Positions 35,442 through 49,300 of a stretch of DNA of 64,000 nt are shown here, one piece after another. Both the position numbers and the translations under genes were made by a program. Position 1 is the stretch's first letter. Each line of letters opens with the position of its first letter. The notes below the pieces were generated by a model. The model was not told the origin of the DNA. It did no database searches and saw only the letters and a program-made list of their open reading frames with translations. The stretch comes from Takakia lepidozioides. Lineage: Eukaryota > Plantae > Bryophyta. Where the stretch lies: positions 12,586,001-12,650,000 of the forward strand of contig CM060731.1 of the NCBI GenBank assembly GCA_030704615.1, read 5' to 3'.

Positions 35442-38400
35442 ATGGCAGGGATGATGTCGAGGTTACAGCAGCCCGTATGGGCCATCGGCTCCGTGCACTG
35501 TAAGACCAGGATGGCCCCGATTGTTTCTCCCGGAAGGTGTTGTGCGTGCCCAGGTAGTGATATTCCGTTGAACGCCCACGAATGTTTTTTCTCATGCGCA
35601 GACTATAGTCCCAAATGTACACGGTGGTTGTGAATTATTTTGGAAAGAATGCAGACTCACATATATATCCCTGTTCGCACACGGACTCGGATGTTTTCAC
35701 ATGTGTCATTCTTATTGTGGTTTACCTTGTGTCTATTCTCCCAATATTATAATGTGCAACGTGTTAGTGCATTACGATCCATACAAGATGAGGGATGGAG
35801 GGACTCTAAACAATTTCTGAGAACTGCCACCTTTCCCCTTCCTACTTCCCCTGGGCTGGATGACCAAAAAACGAGTAGGGGTTTAGGGTTTAGGTGCAGG
35901 TCGAAGAATTGAAAATTAGTCTTTGAATTCATGCTGTCAGCTCAGCAGATGACAGTGGGTTACTCGAATCAAGAACCAAAGTAACGATAGTGAAAATTAA
36001 AGACTTCTATTATTGTTTACAGACTGCATTAATCATAGCTTTGAAACTGACTCTTCAAGAAAAATCTCTCGGCCTTTCACTGCTTCTGACTCTCGCTACA
36101 AAATCCAATGTTGCACCCTGCAGCCAGGGATACAATGTCAAGGCCTTGCCTCAGGCATGCAGCAATGGTGGGAAAATTCAGTCCGTTGAAAGGCTCCCTA
36201 TTATTAGCAGAAGACAGGAGGAGGCTTCTGAATGAGATACCTCGATGCCAGAGAACATTTTCTAAGGGAACAGCCAGGTGCCTAGCAGCTGGAACTTCAG
36301 TGCCACAGGGGGCTGGATGGGAATCGGACGTGGACGTGAGTGTACCTTCCGCTGCAGGTAGAAGAGAGATGAAGTGAGATCTTTCTTGGCTTTCTTTTGT
36401 CCATTGGGTTTGTTCTTTGCACTGCTTGTTCACCCTGAGTTTCAAGAAATTCTAGCCTGTGTATGGTGATATACTTGAGGGATGAGGCCATATTTTTCTG
36501 TGCCATGGGGTTTTGGTGTCCTTAGCAAGAAGGAGCCACCAGGTGACCAGGCAGTATCAAATGTGAGTAGGACTGATTTTGCATTAATTTGGCCTATGTG
36601 AAGTAATTGGTGGGCTGTCAGAGTGAGACAGTATCAGACACGAGGGGTGTCTATGTTTCATCCTGATCTGAGCATGTTGTGCCTAGGCTGTCTAGTTTAT
36701 ATGGGTCTTGGGCCTTTGTCCCAGTGGCATCTCAGGGGTGGGGGGAATATATTGCAGATGTGACCCTGGCTCAGAAGGTACGGGCCTTTGCATTTTACTT
36801 GACAACATTTCTGGTGGCGGCACCTCTTTTCCTGGTGATGCTGGTGTTGCAGCCCTTTGTGCTTGTGTTTGACAAGCACCGCCGCAAGGCCCAACACCTC
36901 ATGAACAAGGTCTATGCCTGTGAGACCTTGAAAATTGGCTTGCAGATCCCTCTCTCTCTCTCTCTCTCTTTCTTTACTTGCCACAAGGCTACGGAAATCC
37001 TCTTATGAGTACATTCTCTCTCTCTCTCTCTCCCTCAATCCCCAGTCTCTGCACCTCTGTTCGCCCACTTTGAAAATCTTGAGGCTGAGCCTAAGGCCCT
37101 GGCCCTGGCCCAGTTGGGTTCTAATGGCTGGGCAGTTTTCGTCGGGCAAGTTTGTGTGAAGGGCTTTCTAGAGGATATCTAGAAAACCCGACCTAATTGT
37201 CTTTATCTTGATAGGTCACGCTACCAGAGTGATCCCCTCACAAAGGTAGTATCTGTTCAGAAGACGTCTTTTGCTGTAGCCTTGTGGCCTTAGACCCCTC
37301 GCTCAGTTTGGGCGGAACAAAATACATTCTAGGTTGCACAGATAGATACTGAGATTGTAAGGTGCAAATGCTTGCTTCAGGTTTGGGCAACGGTGACAGC
37401 TTTTTTCTTCTACAAAACAGAGATTGAAGGTTCTGAAAATTTGCCCTCACCTGATGAGGGTGCTGTGTATATAGCTAACCACCAAAGCTTTCTGGATATT
37501 TACACATTGTTCCAGCTGGGACGGCCATTCAAATTCATCAGCAAAACTAGCAATTTCTTAATCCCTATCATTGGGTGGTCCATGTACCTGACTGGGCATG
37601 TGCCCTTGAAGCGCATGGACAAAAGAAGCCAAATGGTGGGTAACTCTTCAATTGAGTGTTAGATTTGATACTTGTGGATTTTGTGAACAGGAGCTGGCTT
37701 GGGTTTGGCAGTCTCTTTTATCTGAGAATAGCTTGTCTCGCAGATATTGTGGGCTGTGATGGCAACTCTACTGTAAAGTTTTATATTTTGCAACATTTCC
37801 TTGCCTACTCCAGAGTAGCATCTCACCATGACTTCTTCACTTGCATGTAAAGTGGGCGGCCAGGCTTAAATATCAGTAGTATGGGATGGCAGTTGATCTC
37901 TCTGACATTCAGGGTGTTGGGGACCTTCTAGATCTCAATGAGGGAGATAGCATGTTTGAAGCTGAAATGGTTGACCATGTCCCCACTGGTGGTCAAAATA
38001 TCTAAGCTACCTCTTTGCGAATGCAGCCATATATAGCTACTATTTGTAAGTATGATCTAGCCAATGTAATCTGGTTTTGTTGCTGCCTTGTGTACAGGAA
38101 TGCTTGAAGACATGCCTGAAGCTGGTGAAGCAGGGTGTCCCTGTGTTGTTTTTTCCTGAGGGAACTCGCACTATGGATGGCAAAATGGCTGCTTTCAAGG
38201 TAAGCTTGTTGGATTCAGATCAGGGAGTGGAGTGTTACTCAAAAGAGGGGAGTAAGTTCAACAGACTACCAAGCAGTACCGTTGCTTCTTCTGCTCTCCA
38301 CATTCTGGGCTCCTGCTGTCCCCAGAATCAGATTGAAAAAATCCTGGCTGAATCCACATTGATCCAACCATTGCAATTACCTCTGATACAATTCTGTGAC

Positions 38401-38737
38401 TAGGTTGTGAGGGGAGCTTTTTCCCACGAGTCCTCGGTTTCTCTTTTTCTCCCAACCAGCGGATAGGTGCATTGCTGCTGATTGCCATCTTGTATGTGGG
38501 TTGGCACAGAAAGGGGCGTTCACAGTGGCAGCCAAGGGAGGGGTTCCAGTGGTACCCATTAGTTTGATAGGGACTGGCAAACTTATGCCCAATGGTTTGG
38601 AAAGCTCACTACGACCTGGCACTGTCAGAGTAATTATTCACCCTCCCTTGCGTGGAAGCGACGCAGACACGCTCTGTGATGAATCAAGGGCTGTGATAGC
38701 TGAGACCCTGCTGAAGCATGGTCTTCCTGTGCATTAA
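35442..38737 (+). CDS. LPAT1: Plastid lysophosphatidic acid acyltransferase (1-acyl-sn-glycerol-3-phosphate acyltransferase), 6 exons, ~360 aa
   Basis: Exons 35442-35553, 36124-36357, 36758-36909, 37381-37635, 38098-38199, 38510-38737 (1083 nt in frame); NHQSFLDIY and FFPEGTR acyltransferase motifs; transit-peptide-like N-terminus (first two exons less certain). Confidence 0.93.
36980..37325. mobile_element. LINE family 1 fragments in LPAT1 intron 3 (short 3' end inside (CT)n, then a longer fragment with inverted tail)
   Basis: gccacaaggctacgg...cttatgagtacattctctc at 36980-37030 flanked by (CT)n; 37040-37259 similar to ~5480-5690; 37260-37322 is the reverse complement of the family 3' end. 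Confidence 0.78.
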
Positions 38738-39491
38738 AACTTTAAGCAATTCTTCAGTTACAGAGAATCCCTTGTCACATATATTCACTCAACTTTTTTC
38801 AGGGTGCAATGTTTGCAACGTCTGTGCTTGTGGGGTTCAGTGGAACTGCTCTGTATGTGTCTTTGTCTTTGTCTCTTTAAACCTGTAAGTGCTTTGTACT
38901 TGGCTGTGTGGTAGTCCAGTGAGAGAAGGGGGCCGTATCCTGGTGGATGAAATCCATGTGGTGGCAGGAAAGCAAGTATCCTATGTCCACTTCTGCCACC
39001 AGGCTACAGGAGTGCACAATGGAACGTCTGAGGTGAGCTGAATAGGAGATGCACCATTTTTCATCTAACTGGTTAAGTGCCAGAGCCTTCGAAAGTCGCA
39101 ACAATCTCTTTGCCTTAGGTTTCTATGTTCATTTGCCAGTGCATATGGCCATTCTAAGCAGGAACAATCATGCCAATGTTTTTAAGAGAATGACAATTCT
39201 GATATAATTGCAGTGTGTGATGGGTTTAGACAAAGACGAGAGCTCAGAATTCCCACCAGAATTTTGAGCTTGTCAGACAAATCTTACCTGAGCATTTGAA
39301 CAAGGTGTGAGAGGGCTTATGTCATTGCTACTGTACACAATATTTGATTGCTTGTTTTATGTGACCTTTCCATGTCCTTTTCTATCCACCTTTGTCATGG
39401 GCCTGGCACATATCAAACCAGATGCTTGGGGGAATGGACATTTGTTTCCTTGTCACATGTTCGAGGTTCTGTTCCACAACGACACATGCAC

Positions 39492-40260
39492 AGAGAGAGG
39501 GAGAGAGAGAGAGAATGTACTCATGAGTCTTTGTTTGCAGTAGCCTTGTGGCCGTAGACCTGCGCCCAATTTGGACGGAAAAGATGTACTCATAAGACTT
39601 TGTGTGCCGTAGCCTTGTGGCCACCCGCGCCCAGTTTGGGCGGAACAAAAGGGACCAGAAACTACCTTTATGATGGACTCACTCCGGTAGTATGACTTAC
39701 CTCGATACAAACAATTGGTGCGGGCTTTCCATATATCCTCTAGGAAGCTCTTCACTCCAGCATCAAGAGACAATGTTCTTGATTGTCCTGAAGAGGGTCA
39801 TTGTCTGGTGAGAACATCCCGGACAATGTATCAGAAAATGGATATTGTCTTCAGGTTGCCCGCACATCTGGCAGTTACAATCTCCTCTGCATCTGTTTAT
39901 TGTTCAAAGGTAGGCTTCCTGCCCCGAGGTTAAATTTCAGTCTAGTGCCAAGGGTAGGCAGGCCCTTGAGATCATCCTTAAGGTCCTTGCCCATGTCACA
40001 GACCTGGAAACAAGTTCAGGGAAGTCATATGCCTAACTTCATTTTCTTCAGACAGTCTTGGGGCGTCCGACATGGCTTTGGACACAACTCCCTCCAGGTC
40101 AGCTTTATCCAGTAGGGTCAATTCATCAGGACTGTATTCAGATACTTGAAGATCTCATCTACCTTTTCCCGCCAGGACTTGGCCTGTTTAACAGGACGGT
40201 CTTGCTTCCAAGAAATAGATTCGATTATCTTAGGGTATCTGGTATGAGGCATGTTTGGAC
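39492..40260 (-). mobile_element. Two head-to-tail LINE family 1 copies bounded by (GA)n
   Basis: Reverse-complement similarity to ~5050-5775 (including CQMCGQPEDNIHFLIHCPG); short copy 39492-39580, long copy 39581-~40260; (GA)n at 39492-39514 and 40266-40309. Confidence 0.85.
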
Positions 40261-40262
40261 CG

Positions 40263-40304
<42 letters not shown>

Positions 40305-40329
40305 GAGAGGCAATGGATACCAGGAGGTC

Positions 40330-43300
40330 AGTTTACTTGGAGGAGAAGGAAGTAGGAGTGGGCGTATGGCAAGTGAGCAGATTGTTGGTGGCCTGTGTGG
40401 TGTCTCGTAACACTCGACTTGCCTCTGCCAAAAAATCTTCCTGAGCTTGCAGACATAATGATGCCTGACAGTGCCCCAAGAACCCCAGAAATTGGTAAGT
40501 TGGAATCCCTCAATAATTTTGTGCCATTGCATTCATCAACAAGTTAGTATGTGTTGATCTTGGTCACACTTGCAGTTGGTTAGACTTGGCCTGAGTACTA
40601 TGAAGACAATAGGAAACACCCTTTGGCAGTTGCAATATGGAAAAACTCAGCACCTCTAATGCCCTGGCGATGTCCTTTGTGCTGACTATGAGTAATTTCT
40701 AGTCCATGGCTGGACAGACAGCTGCAGACTTGGAATTGAATTGCATCAGCAACTACAGTTATCCAGAGAGGTATCGATGGGAGATAGGAAGAAACCTCGA
40801 TGTTTTCCACAACAAATTGTCCGGACCAACGATATGTCTGTGACTTGTTGGAAATCGTTGAAGTTACAGGCCCAATCACTTGTCTGCCTGCCTTGTTTTT
40901 TTGCAGCGAAAAGTCATAGCTGCAGCATGGAAGTCATGGTTAAAGAGAGCACGCTTTAGACTTGCTTCTATGTCTAAGTTGTTGCTCTACTATCCATGTA
41001 GCCCTCTGTAGACATTTCTTTCTTTCATCTCATTTCAATTCATTTCATTTCTCTATGTTCCCCAAGTGGCCTGTTTTCAAAGGTGTCCTGTCTCTGTATT
41101 TTGCAGATGTGCGTGATTATATCTCATTATCAAAAGTAAGGCTCAACCTGAGAAGCATATGTATTGTCAAATGTAGTTAAATCTTACCTTGAAGGGACCT
41201 CGATGAGTTGACCTCTTGTATCAAGCACAGAGCGTGGTGAATGACGTGAGGTAGCTGAACCCCTCAACCCCTGAGATGCATCGAGACCCACCTCTTTTTT
41301 TTTAACGGACAGCTGTTGCCTTTCTATGGCCAACTTTAGTCTCTCTTCGTCATGCTTTCTCTTCAACTCCATCAACTCTTTCTGAGCCAATTGTGCCTGC
41401 AGTGACAGTGAAGAGGATGTCGATGTATTGTGCGGCACTAAAGGTTGGGGAGGGTACTCCTCCAAGGACCAAAAAGTACCATAGAAATGCAACCTACAGA
41501 TATGTTATTAAAGTTACTCTTCAGCACCGTCTTTCCTGAGAGCAAGTTTGAATGGGCCTTGGTCTTGTCATTTATATCTTTACCCAAGGTGCTCATTTTT
41601 TCCCTCAAGGTTGCTGACCTGTGTGGCAGGTGTAAAGTTTTCCCGTAGAATGGGGAAGGAAACAGACCTGGGCACGCTGGGCATCTATATCATTATATCG
41701 GTGGGATGTCTCATGGTGCAGCGATTCGGCCTCCATCCTCAGTTGTGCTGCTGCTTTCTTCATCTCTATTGCACCTTCAACCTTCTGCTGTGCCTGTGGA
41801 ACATGCATTACCAGTTTGTGGAGTTTCTTGGCTATTAATCCCACTACAACCCCACCCCTTGTTGATCCCTCTGAATTACTGCTCAGTTATGAAGGTTGGG
41901 TTTCAGGGGTTCGTTATGTGAATCATTGTCTTCACTTCTTTGAATGGGGGAAGGAGCAATTGTTTCCACAGGGTAGGATTCTCTCTAGGTTGTCGATCTC
42001 AAGCCTCAGCACAGGAGGGACTATGGCAGTCAGATGTAGTGTCAAAGTGCCCGGCGTGGATTATTCGGGTTATGTGACAGGAGGACGTTAGTTACAGGAG
42101 TTCACCAAGAGGGGAGATGCGCAGAACAATACCTGAAGACCAAAGGCTTGCAAATTGGTGACATCGCGCTCAAAGGCATGGCGCTGAAGCTCAAGCTCAT
42201 GCCTCCCTTCTTCCACTTCTTGGGCAATTTCAGCAGCCATCTCCCGTGCCCTTTCCAGTTCAGTACGCTGCTTTGCCATATCGTCTGCTTCTGGACATAG
42301 AAGGTGAAAATTTGAAGTGTTGGGTTGCATAGCTGTATCCAGGTATGTCCGGTGTGTTTAAGAAGCACTTCGGGTACTCACAGCTGCAAGGTGTCCTCTA
42401 AGGAGCCCAAAATGTCTCCCTCATCTCATAGAGAGATTGGGGGGGATCCCGTAAAGTATAGAGAAAATTTTCCAATCCATAACAGGCGGTATCTGCAGGT
42501 GAGGAGGATACCAGACTGCATACGAGCAGCTTGTTCCAGCAGTTGTTTCTCAATGGCTGATTCTGTCAGCATTGCTTGCTCCTTCATATGAAGCACAGCC
42601 TCCCTTTCTGCTGCAGTCTCCTTCCTTTCCTGTTATTTACAGTCTCCCACTACATGAGCCACATCTAAGATTTATGCAGACTTTGTACAAGTTCAAAATC
42701 AGACTTGGATATGCACTTGAGCTTTTCTACTTCTCTGGTTCTACAGTTTGCTTTCACACTGGTGTCCAATCGGCCTCTCGCTTCTCCCTCTCTTCCCAAG
42801 CACAATGTAATGAATATATCTCTCTCTTTGCTCTGTCCAGTAGCCTCAAGGCTCCTGTAAGCAAACACTGCTGGACTCATTTCTTTGCTTTTCTTCTGTT
42901 GACAAGACTGTTGTGGCAAAGGAACAAAGAGTGGCAGGTTCAAGCACTTGGGGATGAGAGGAAATTGATCCTCTGATTGCAGGTGTGAAGAAACCAGCTC
43001 CTAAAAACATCAGAAGTAATGCACAGAGGAAGGGGAATAGATCCACCTCCATGCACTTGGCGAAGAAAGTCTCCTTTTCAAGAAAACACATGTTGCGCAT
43101 CTCCTCTAGTTTGTGCCGAGCGGTGGCTAGATCTGCCAAGGATTGCGCACGCTCAGCCTGCAGGGATTCCTGTTTGACAGGCGAACACATGTCAACTATA
43201 GATGCATCGGTTTTTATGGAGGAACTACTCTAATACCTGGCACTCTTGTGGGTTAACCCTGTTCCTCTGATGCAGAGTTGTCTCCCACATCACCTGGCTT

Positions 43301-46300
43301 AATTTCAGGATTACTGGAGGAGAAGGAATCAATACCTGCATTGATTGAAGATGGAGATGTTCCTGGTGAAGGCGATCCTTTTCCTCCATTTGCATAGTCT
43401 TCATCTCCTTCACACTTGCCTCCAGCATACCCACCAACCCTTCCAACTGCACCCCCAAAGGCCATCTCATGGGTAACCAGGTGCAGCTGTCCATTAGTAC
43501 AGTATGCAATGTGACTGCATGAAAAGTGCATTACCTCAGATTATGATTAGTTTCATGTTTGTACATATTTCACATTATATCTGGTTCCTAACATAGGCTG
43601 TTGGAAAGTATGACAAAAAGAGGGAGAGGGAGGTTGGTAGATTGGGTGCTGACGGTGTTGGAAAGAATGAGTTGAAATTTACATGTGTACGGATGGTGTC
43701 AGATCGCATCTCCCAGTGATTCATGGATCCTTTTTGTTCAGCAACAGAGCTATCCAACACGTCCATCCAAGTGGCCTTGTCTTTGATGCACAGCTCTCTC
43801 TCGACGACCATGGCTTCTTGCACCACCTTTACTCTGGCTGACCAGTCGTCTGCCTTTATGACTAGTTTTCCCAACATCTCCATTGTGACCTTGTGGTCTG
43901 CCAAGAGTTTCCTCTACACATTTGAAAATTTGAACACATATTACTAGGAATAATACAGCTTAGTTGGGCAGTGCCCTTCACTGTAATCCAAGATGATGAA
44001 ATTATAGTCAGCAAAGGACATACCATAGTGCAAGGTAATCTCACTATGCTAGGCGATCCAATTGTGCTCTCATGTCAGGTCTATAAAGTTAGTTCTGATC
44101 TGCGAGATGCTGCAGATTGTCAAGCGGATGGTTCTGTGTTCACCTCAATATCGAGTTGAGTTTCCTTGCTTTCAAGTTCATGTGCATGCAAAGCCTTCAC
44201 CATCTCCATCTGACACAACAGGTATTTTCCTTGCCAAATCAACTCAAGAGATCCTTGGGTGAATATCCAATTAACTTGATGCTATGGGTAAACAATATAT
44301 TTCTTGAGAATTGTGGAAGGCAAGGACAACTGCCACTGGGGAACTTCTCAGACTGGCTTCTGAAGAGTTTGTATCTGGCAATACTGGACATGAAAACACA
44401 TGTTCTATCCAACGGTGAGCAGTATATTTCTGGTCCTCTTACAATGTCAATTCTAAACAGTCTCAATTGCAGGTGAGCCCCTCGTAGCTCAAAGAAATCC
44501 CTTGTTTGTTTTCCAGACTTACTGTACGAAAGGCTTTAATAGGGTAAGTCAGAGAATCAAGATGCCCCTACCTCTTGTTCATGAATCCTTTTGAGTGAAT
44601 CTAGCTTTTCCTCAGCCAGAATGGAGGTGTTCTTTAGCAACTGGACCTCCGATGACAGCTGGGCAGCCAGGCGCTGTGCCTCCTCTCTTTCCATCCCAAA
44701 CTGTTTCAATACCACTTCTTCCTGTGCTACCTCCATATCCGAAATCTCTTTCTCAAATCTCAACCTTTCGTTTTCGACTCGCAGGACCTAAGAGAAATAT
44801 GATAGCACCGAATCAGAACTCATTGTTTAATTTGCTGTGCCTCTTTCACAAGACGTATGAATAATCTGAACACATCTGTTGTAACTTAAAGAACTCTGGA
44901 AATTTTCTTTCACGTCCACAGGTTCAAGATTGGGAAATGACGGACCTCTTCCTTCAATGCAATGTTTTCATCTTGTAGCTTTTTCGTCTCATTTGCAAGT
45001 TTCTCTCTCTCACTCTTTCCTCCCTCCCTTACAGCAACTGCTTGGCGGAGCTCCTCTGCAAGGGCTTCTCTTTCGTTCTTGGCTTCTTCTATCAGCTCCT
45101 CCTTTTCTCTCTTTCTGAGTTCTGTCATCTCCTCCCTTTCTCTTTCAGAATGTAATTTGTCAGCATCAAGCTTTGCCTGCAGATAAAACTCACATGGTCA
45201 TCTCTTTCAGAACTGTCGCATGTACAGTGACAGGTATGTCTAATGCCTGTCTAATGCTTGTTAAGAAAGGAAATTACTAGTGATGGATCTAGGCATGAGC
45301 TGGGACGTCCAGTATTGTGGTGGATCCCTATGGGTCATGATCGTTCAGTATGTCTCTCGATTTCCACATCCAAAGCACCAAATGCTCTTACTCAAAACAG
45401 CACATATGATGGTCTTAGAGATCTTATTTTGAGGACAGTAATTTATTACCTGTAGATTGTTTCTTTCAGCGATCAACTGATCCATGAACGCCGCCTCTCT
45501 CTTGTTCATGTTGATGTCTCCCTCTTCATTAGCTACAGGGACTGTTTTTAATTTGCCTGATGAGCTCTCTGTAATCTGCAACCAGGCACAACAGTCAGAA
45601 AGCAAAGGTTGGGTGGACAGTCTACTTGACCTATGTATTCTCTATGTTCAGAATAAGGGTGCCACCTGTTTATAAAGCAAACAAGATAGCAACGCGAGCC
45701 CTCTCTTGTTGTGCGATATTACTGAAACACGGAGGGGACAAGGCAAGAGACAGGAGCAGTAGAGGAGACGAGCTTTGGGAGAGTGGAAGAACTGCAATCA
45801 TGAGACACTGCTTCCATGCCTTCTGTCCAAAAAATCCTTGGATGGATCACAAAGGGGGTGAGGAGGAGGAGAGAGGGGGGAAAGAGCTGCAGTATTTGCG
45901 GTGGAAGAGACATAAAACTACAGTGGAAAACACATCCCAAAATGCAACTTACTCTCTATAGATGCTTGTAAAGAAGAGAAAGGACCGACAATCAGTTGAG
46001 GCCTGGGGAGAAATGAAATGGGGAGAGTGAGGGCAGCTTTGTTGGCAGTGAGAGCAAAGATGGAGGCTAAGTTTTGATTTGTTAAGCTTACGCGGTGGGC
46101 TATGTCAACTAACCTCATGAGCTAGGAAGGGCACAAACGACAGCAGGAAGCATGTATGCTGGGACAGCTTTCAGGTGATGACCCTAAAACAAACCTGTAG
46201 TGGTGTAGATTGGACCAGTTTAGCTTGAGAACTGGCGTTCTGTCGGGTCTCTACACTCCGAATGGGTAACTCAGGATTCGGATGTTCTTCAGACCTATCT

Positions 46301-49300
46301 GGATGTTCCACAATGTAGTTATAGTCATTACAACCAAAATCTATCCAGCTGTTTTAGTTGCATCATCCTTTTCTTCCTACAAGCTCAACTACAATCCTCG
46401 CTTGACTGGCAGCTTACCTGCATGAGCCGTTAACTCTTAGACAATCCTTGAGCGATAGCTGCTTTTGGGCTGCTTGTGGAGGGTCCCTCTCTTATTCTTG
46501 TTTGTTTCTTTCTCTTGTCTCATAAGCTCTTTGAGCTTTCCATGGACGCTGTTAAGTGCCATTTCAGCTCTCTCTAAAAATACCTTGTTCTGCCCAAACT
46601 GGGCATGGGGTCTATGGCCACAAGGCTACAACCAACCGCATCTTATGAGTACTCTGCATGATAAGAAAATTTCCCATCGTTAATTTGCACTGCAGGAATC
46701 AAGAGAGCCACGGACGAATGTGAAATGTTCCAAAAAGAAGAATGATCCATTAGCAACCCACCAATGAGGACCTTGGCAACCGTTTGTTGGTGGTCTAGAG
46801 GCAAAGTCATTAATTTGATCGAAGTTCTCCTGGGAACTGAGGTGCTGCTTGTCACCACCACAGTTTCGTGTTTGCTTTCTTGACTTCTCAAAGGTGAGAG
46901 ATTTGCTGAATTTGCAGGCTCAGAGACAGTTGCTGGGACCTCCCTGATGTTCGGACCCTCATTGGTTCCCCCGGTTGCTGGGATATCTGTTAGATTGAAA
47001 AGAGCTTTTCGCCGTCCAGCAACAGGTGATCTTCGTGCACCCATGGTGAGAATTGAAGGTTGATATCCTCCAAAATCTGATGAGGATGCCACTTTGGGAT
47101 CTGGACACTCTTGGAGTTGAATTGAAGTAGTCACAGTAACTTCTTTTCTCTCTCTCTCAGGGGATTTGTTGGTCCCATCAGGCAACATCATCAACACATC
47201 TGAGCCCCCCCACTCATCATCCTTCACCCCACCGTACCGAGTGTTAGTTCCTGGGCTCTCTCAACCAGTAATACATTTTCTGTGGTGGCTCCTCCATTAA
47301 TCTCAGCTTATCCATTTATGATTGTGTCTGTCCTGGTACATATGAATCTTCCTCTCTTATCTCTCTCTCTCCCTCTCTCTAGTTTCAACATTGCAAGCTA
47401 CACAGATGGAGGGTTGAGTACAATTTCTGGCCAGGTGGGTGATCGGGTGTTCCTGGCCTTTACTGCAGCTCCATCTTTCGTGCTGGCTCGGGGTGCCGGC
47501 ACTGCAAGCAAAGGAAAGGCAAGATGACTGGATGTAATACATGTGATGTAAAATACAGATGCTATCTTCAGCTTGGACATGATGGTTTGCGGGCATGAGA
47601 TTTTTTCCATGTTTCAGGACTTGCAGGTGGAGAAATATCATTGGACACAAATGAGTGCTTCTTTCGTACCTGCCTTCCTCTCGCCATATTCTTGCACTGC
47701 TTTACATTCGAACTCCTCAGATAGCCCTGATGGAGTCTGGGATCTGGATTTACTTTCAAGATCATCATGTAAGGCTGGCAAGCGTGAGGCCCGCCTTTGT
47801 GGAAGTATCTCTGGGTTGTGCTGGAAACTCTCTCTGGCACACCCAGCAACCATGCTTGATTGCTCAGTGAATGACAAACTTTGGACCTCAACAATCTCTC
47901 TTCTTGTTTTTTTGTGGACTTTATGAAGTTCCTTTCTTTGTTTCATGACACCTCCCTTGTCCTACTTGATGCCAGCATCTCAGAAGCCCAATTCCTTGTC
48001 TGCACTCTATCTCCAGCTCTTCTACATCGGGAAGGGTCAGGGTGGGCTCACACAACCTGCGGATATAAATTGGTGGATGGGACAACCTGGAGCATGCTGA
48101 TTGCTCGTGCCCTGCTTGCACTAGAGATGACAGACGGGAGATTAGACCGGAGAACAGTTTTTGTTTCACTGTCACCGATATTTTCATTTATTACAGGACA
48201 TCCAACCCCACACTGAGATCTTTCACTATGAGAAACTGAATGCTTGCAGCATATCTATACGAGGCTCTGGACCTTTAGAGAATCTCTTGCTTGTGGGGGG
48301 CCCCACATTCTTGTATCCTGCTTTCTTTCGACCCACAAGCTCCTTGAGCTTTCTGTGGATGTTATAAAGTTTTTCATTCTTTCGCGCTCCCTTCCCCCTC
48401 TCTCTTCCTGGAAATTACTTCACAACAGCTCCCAGTGGGAATGCTCAATGATAAATTTCTCACTACGCATAGGTAATGGTGCATAAAAACTGGGCATGGA
48501 ATTTACTTTCCATTTAGTTGCCATCTATCACTCTCACTCCCTATTTCAGTACCTTCAGCAGGCCGCCGAGTTCTGTCATTCAAGTTTTAGGTGGCGAGGG
48601 AAAGAGAGGGATTGAGAAACTACAAGTTGAAGCTTTTTGCATTTGTGCCAGGTCCAGAGAGCAAGCCTAGCGATTTGAGATCAGTATCCACTATGTCAGA
48701 GCCCATGACAGCTGCCAAGGCAACCCCTGATTCCTTTTTGCGCCGTGAGTCTGTGAGCTCCACTTTTGAGGCAGTGGATGGTCGGTTATTAACTTTCTGA
48801 CTTCCAGGGCATCCTTCCTCCTTCCTTCCTGCATCTGCGCTAACAATGCAGTTTTCAATCATTTCATTGGGGTTGGTAAGCAACTTGAAGCTGAAGAAGA
48901 AAACCTTGCATTTTTACGAGAAAACCAAGGGTTTACCGTCATCTTCAAAAAGGGCATCAATGGAGGCCTGATCTCTTAGATTCGCATGGTGTGCCCCTGT
49001 CAGTGGTGGCGTACCGAGCTGTGCTGAATGTGTGCCATGACCTGCTGAATATACACATGATCACAGTTAATGTTTGCGATCTAGGTGAACTTGTCAAATG
49101 TGGTGCTTCGATATTACGCAGCTTTGTTCAATCTTTCTGGGACTGACTTGGTCATCTGTGGGAATTCCAAACAAGGCCAACACAGATTAGATGCTCTCAC
49201 CTATTAGTCAGTTTGTCATGTGCCTGGTCTTCTTTCTACTTGCCATTTAGTATAGACCTTGGCAACCCTAACTTAATCCTTGTTTGCTATCAATATAATG

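Noticed and set aside
35878-35894. Interstitial telomeric repeat (TTTAGGG)x2 in LPAT1 intron 1
   Set aside because: Only two units; at most an ordinary telo-box.
42660-42960. Frameshift or pseudogenisation of the FBF1-like gene
   Set aside because: A frame-consistent exon (KKSKEM...RLDT, phase 0 to 1) can be drawn, so disruption cannot be claimed without transcripts.
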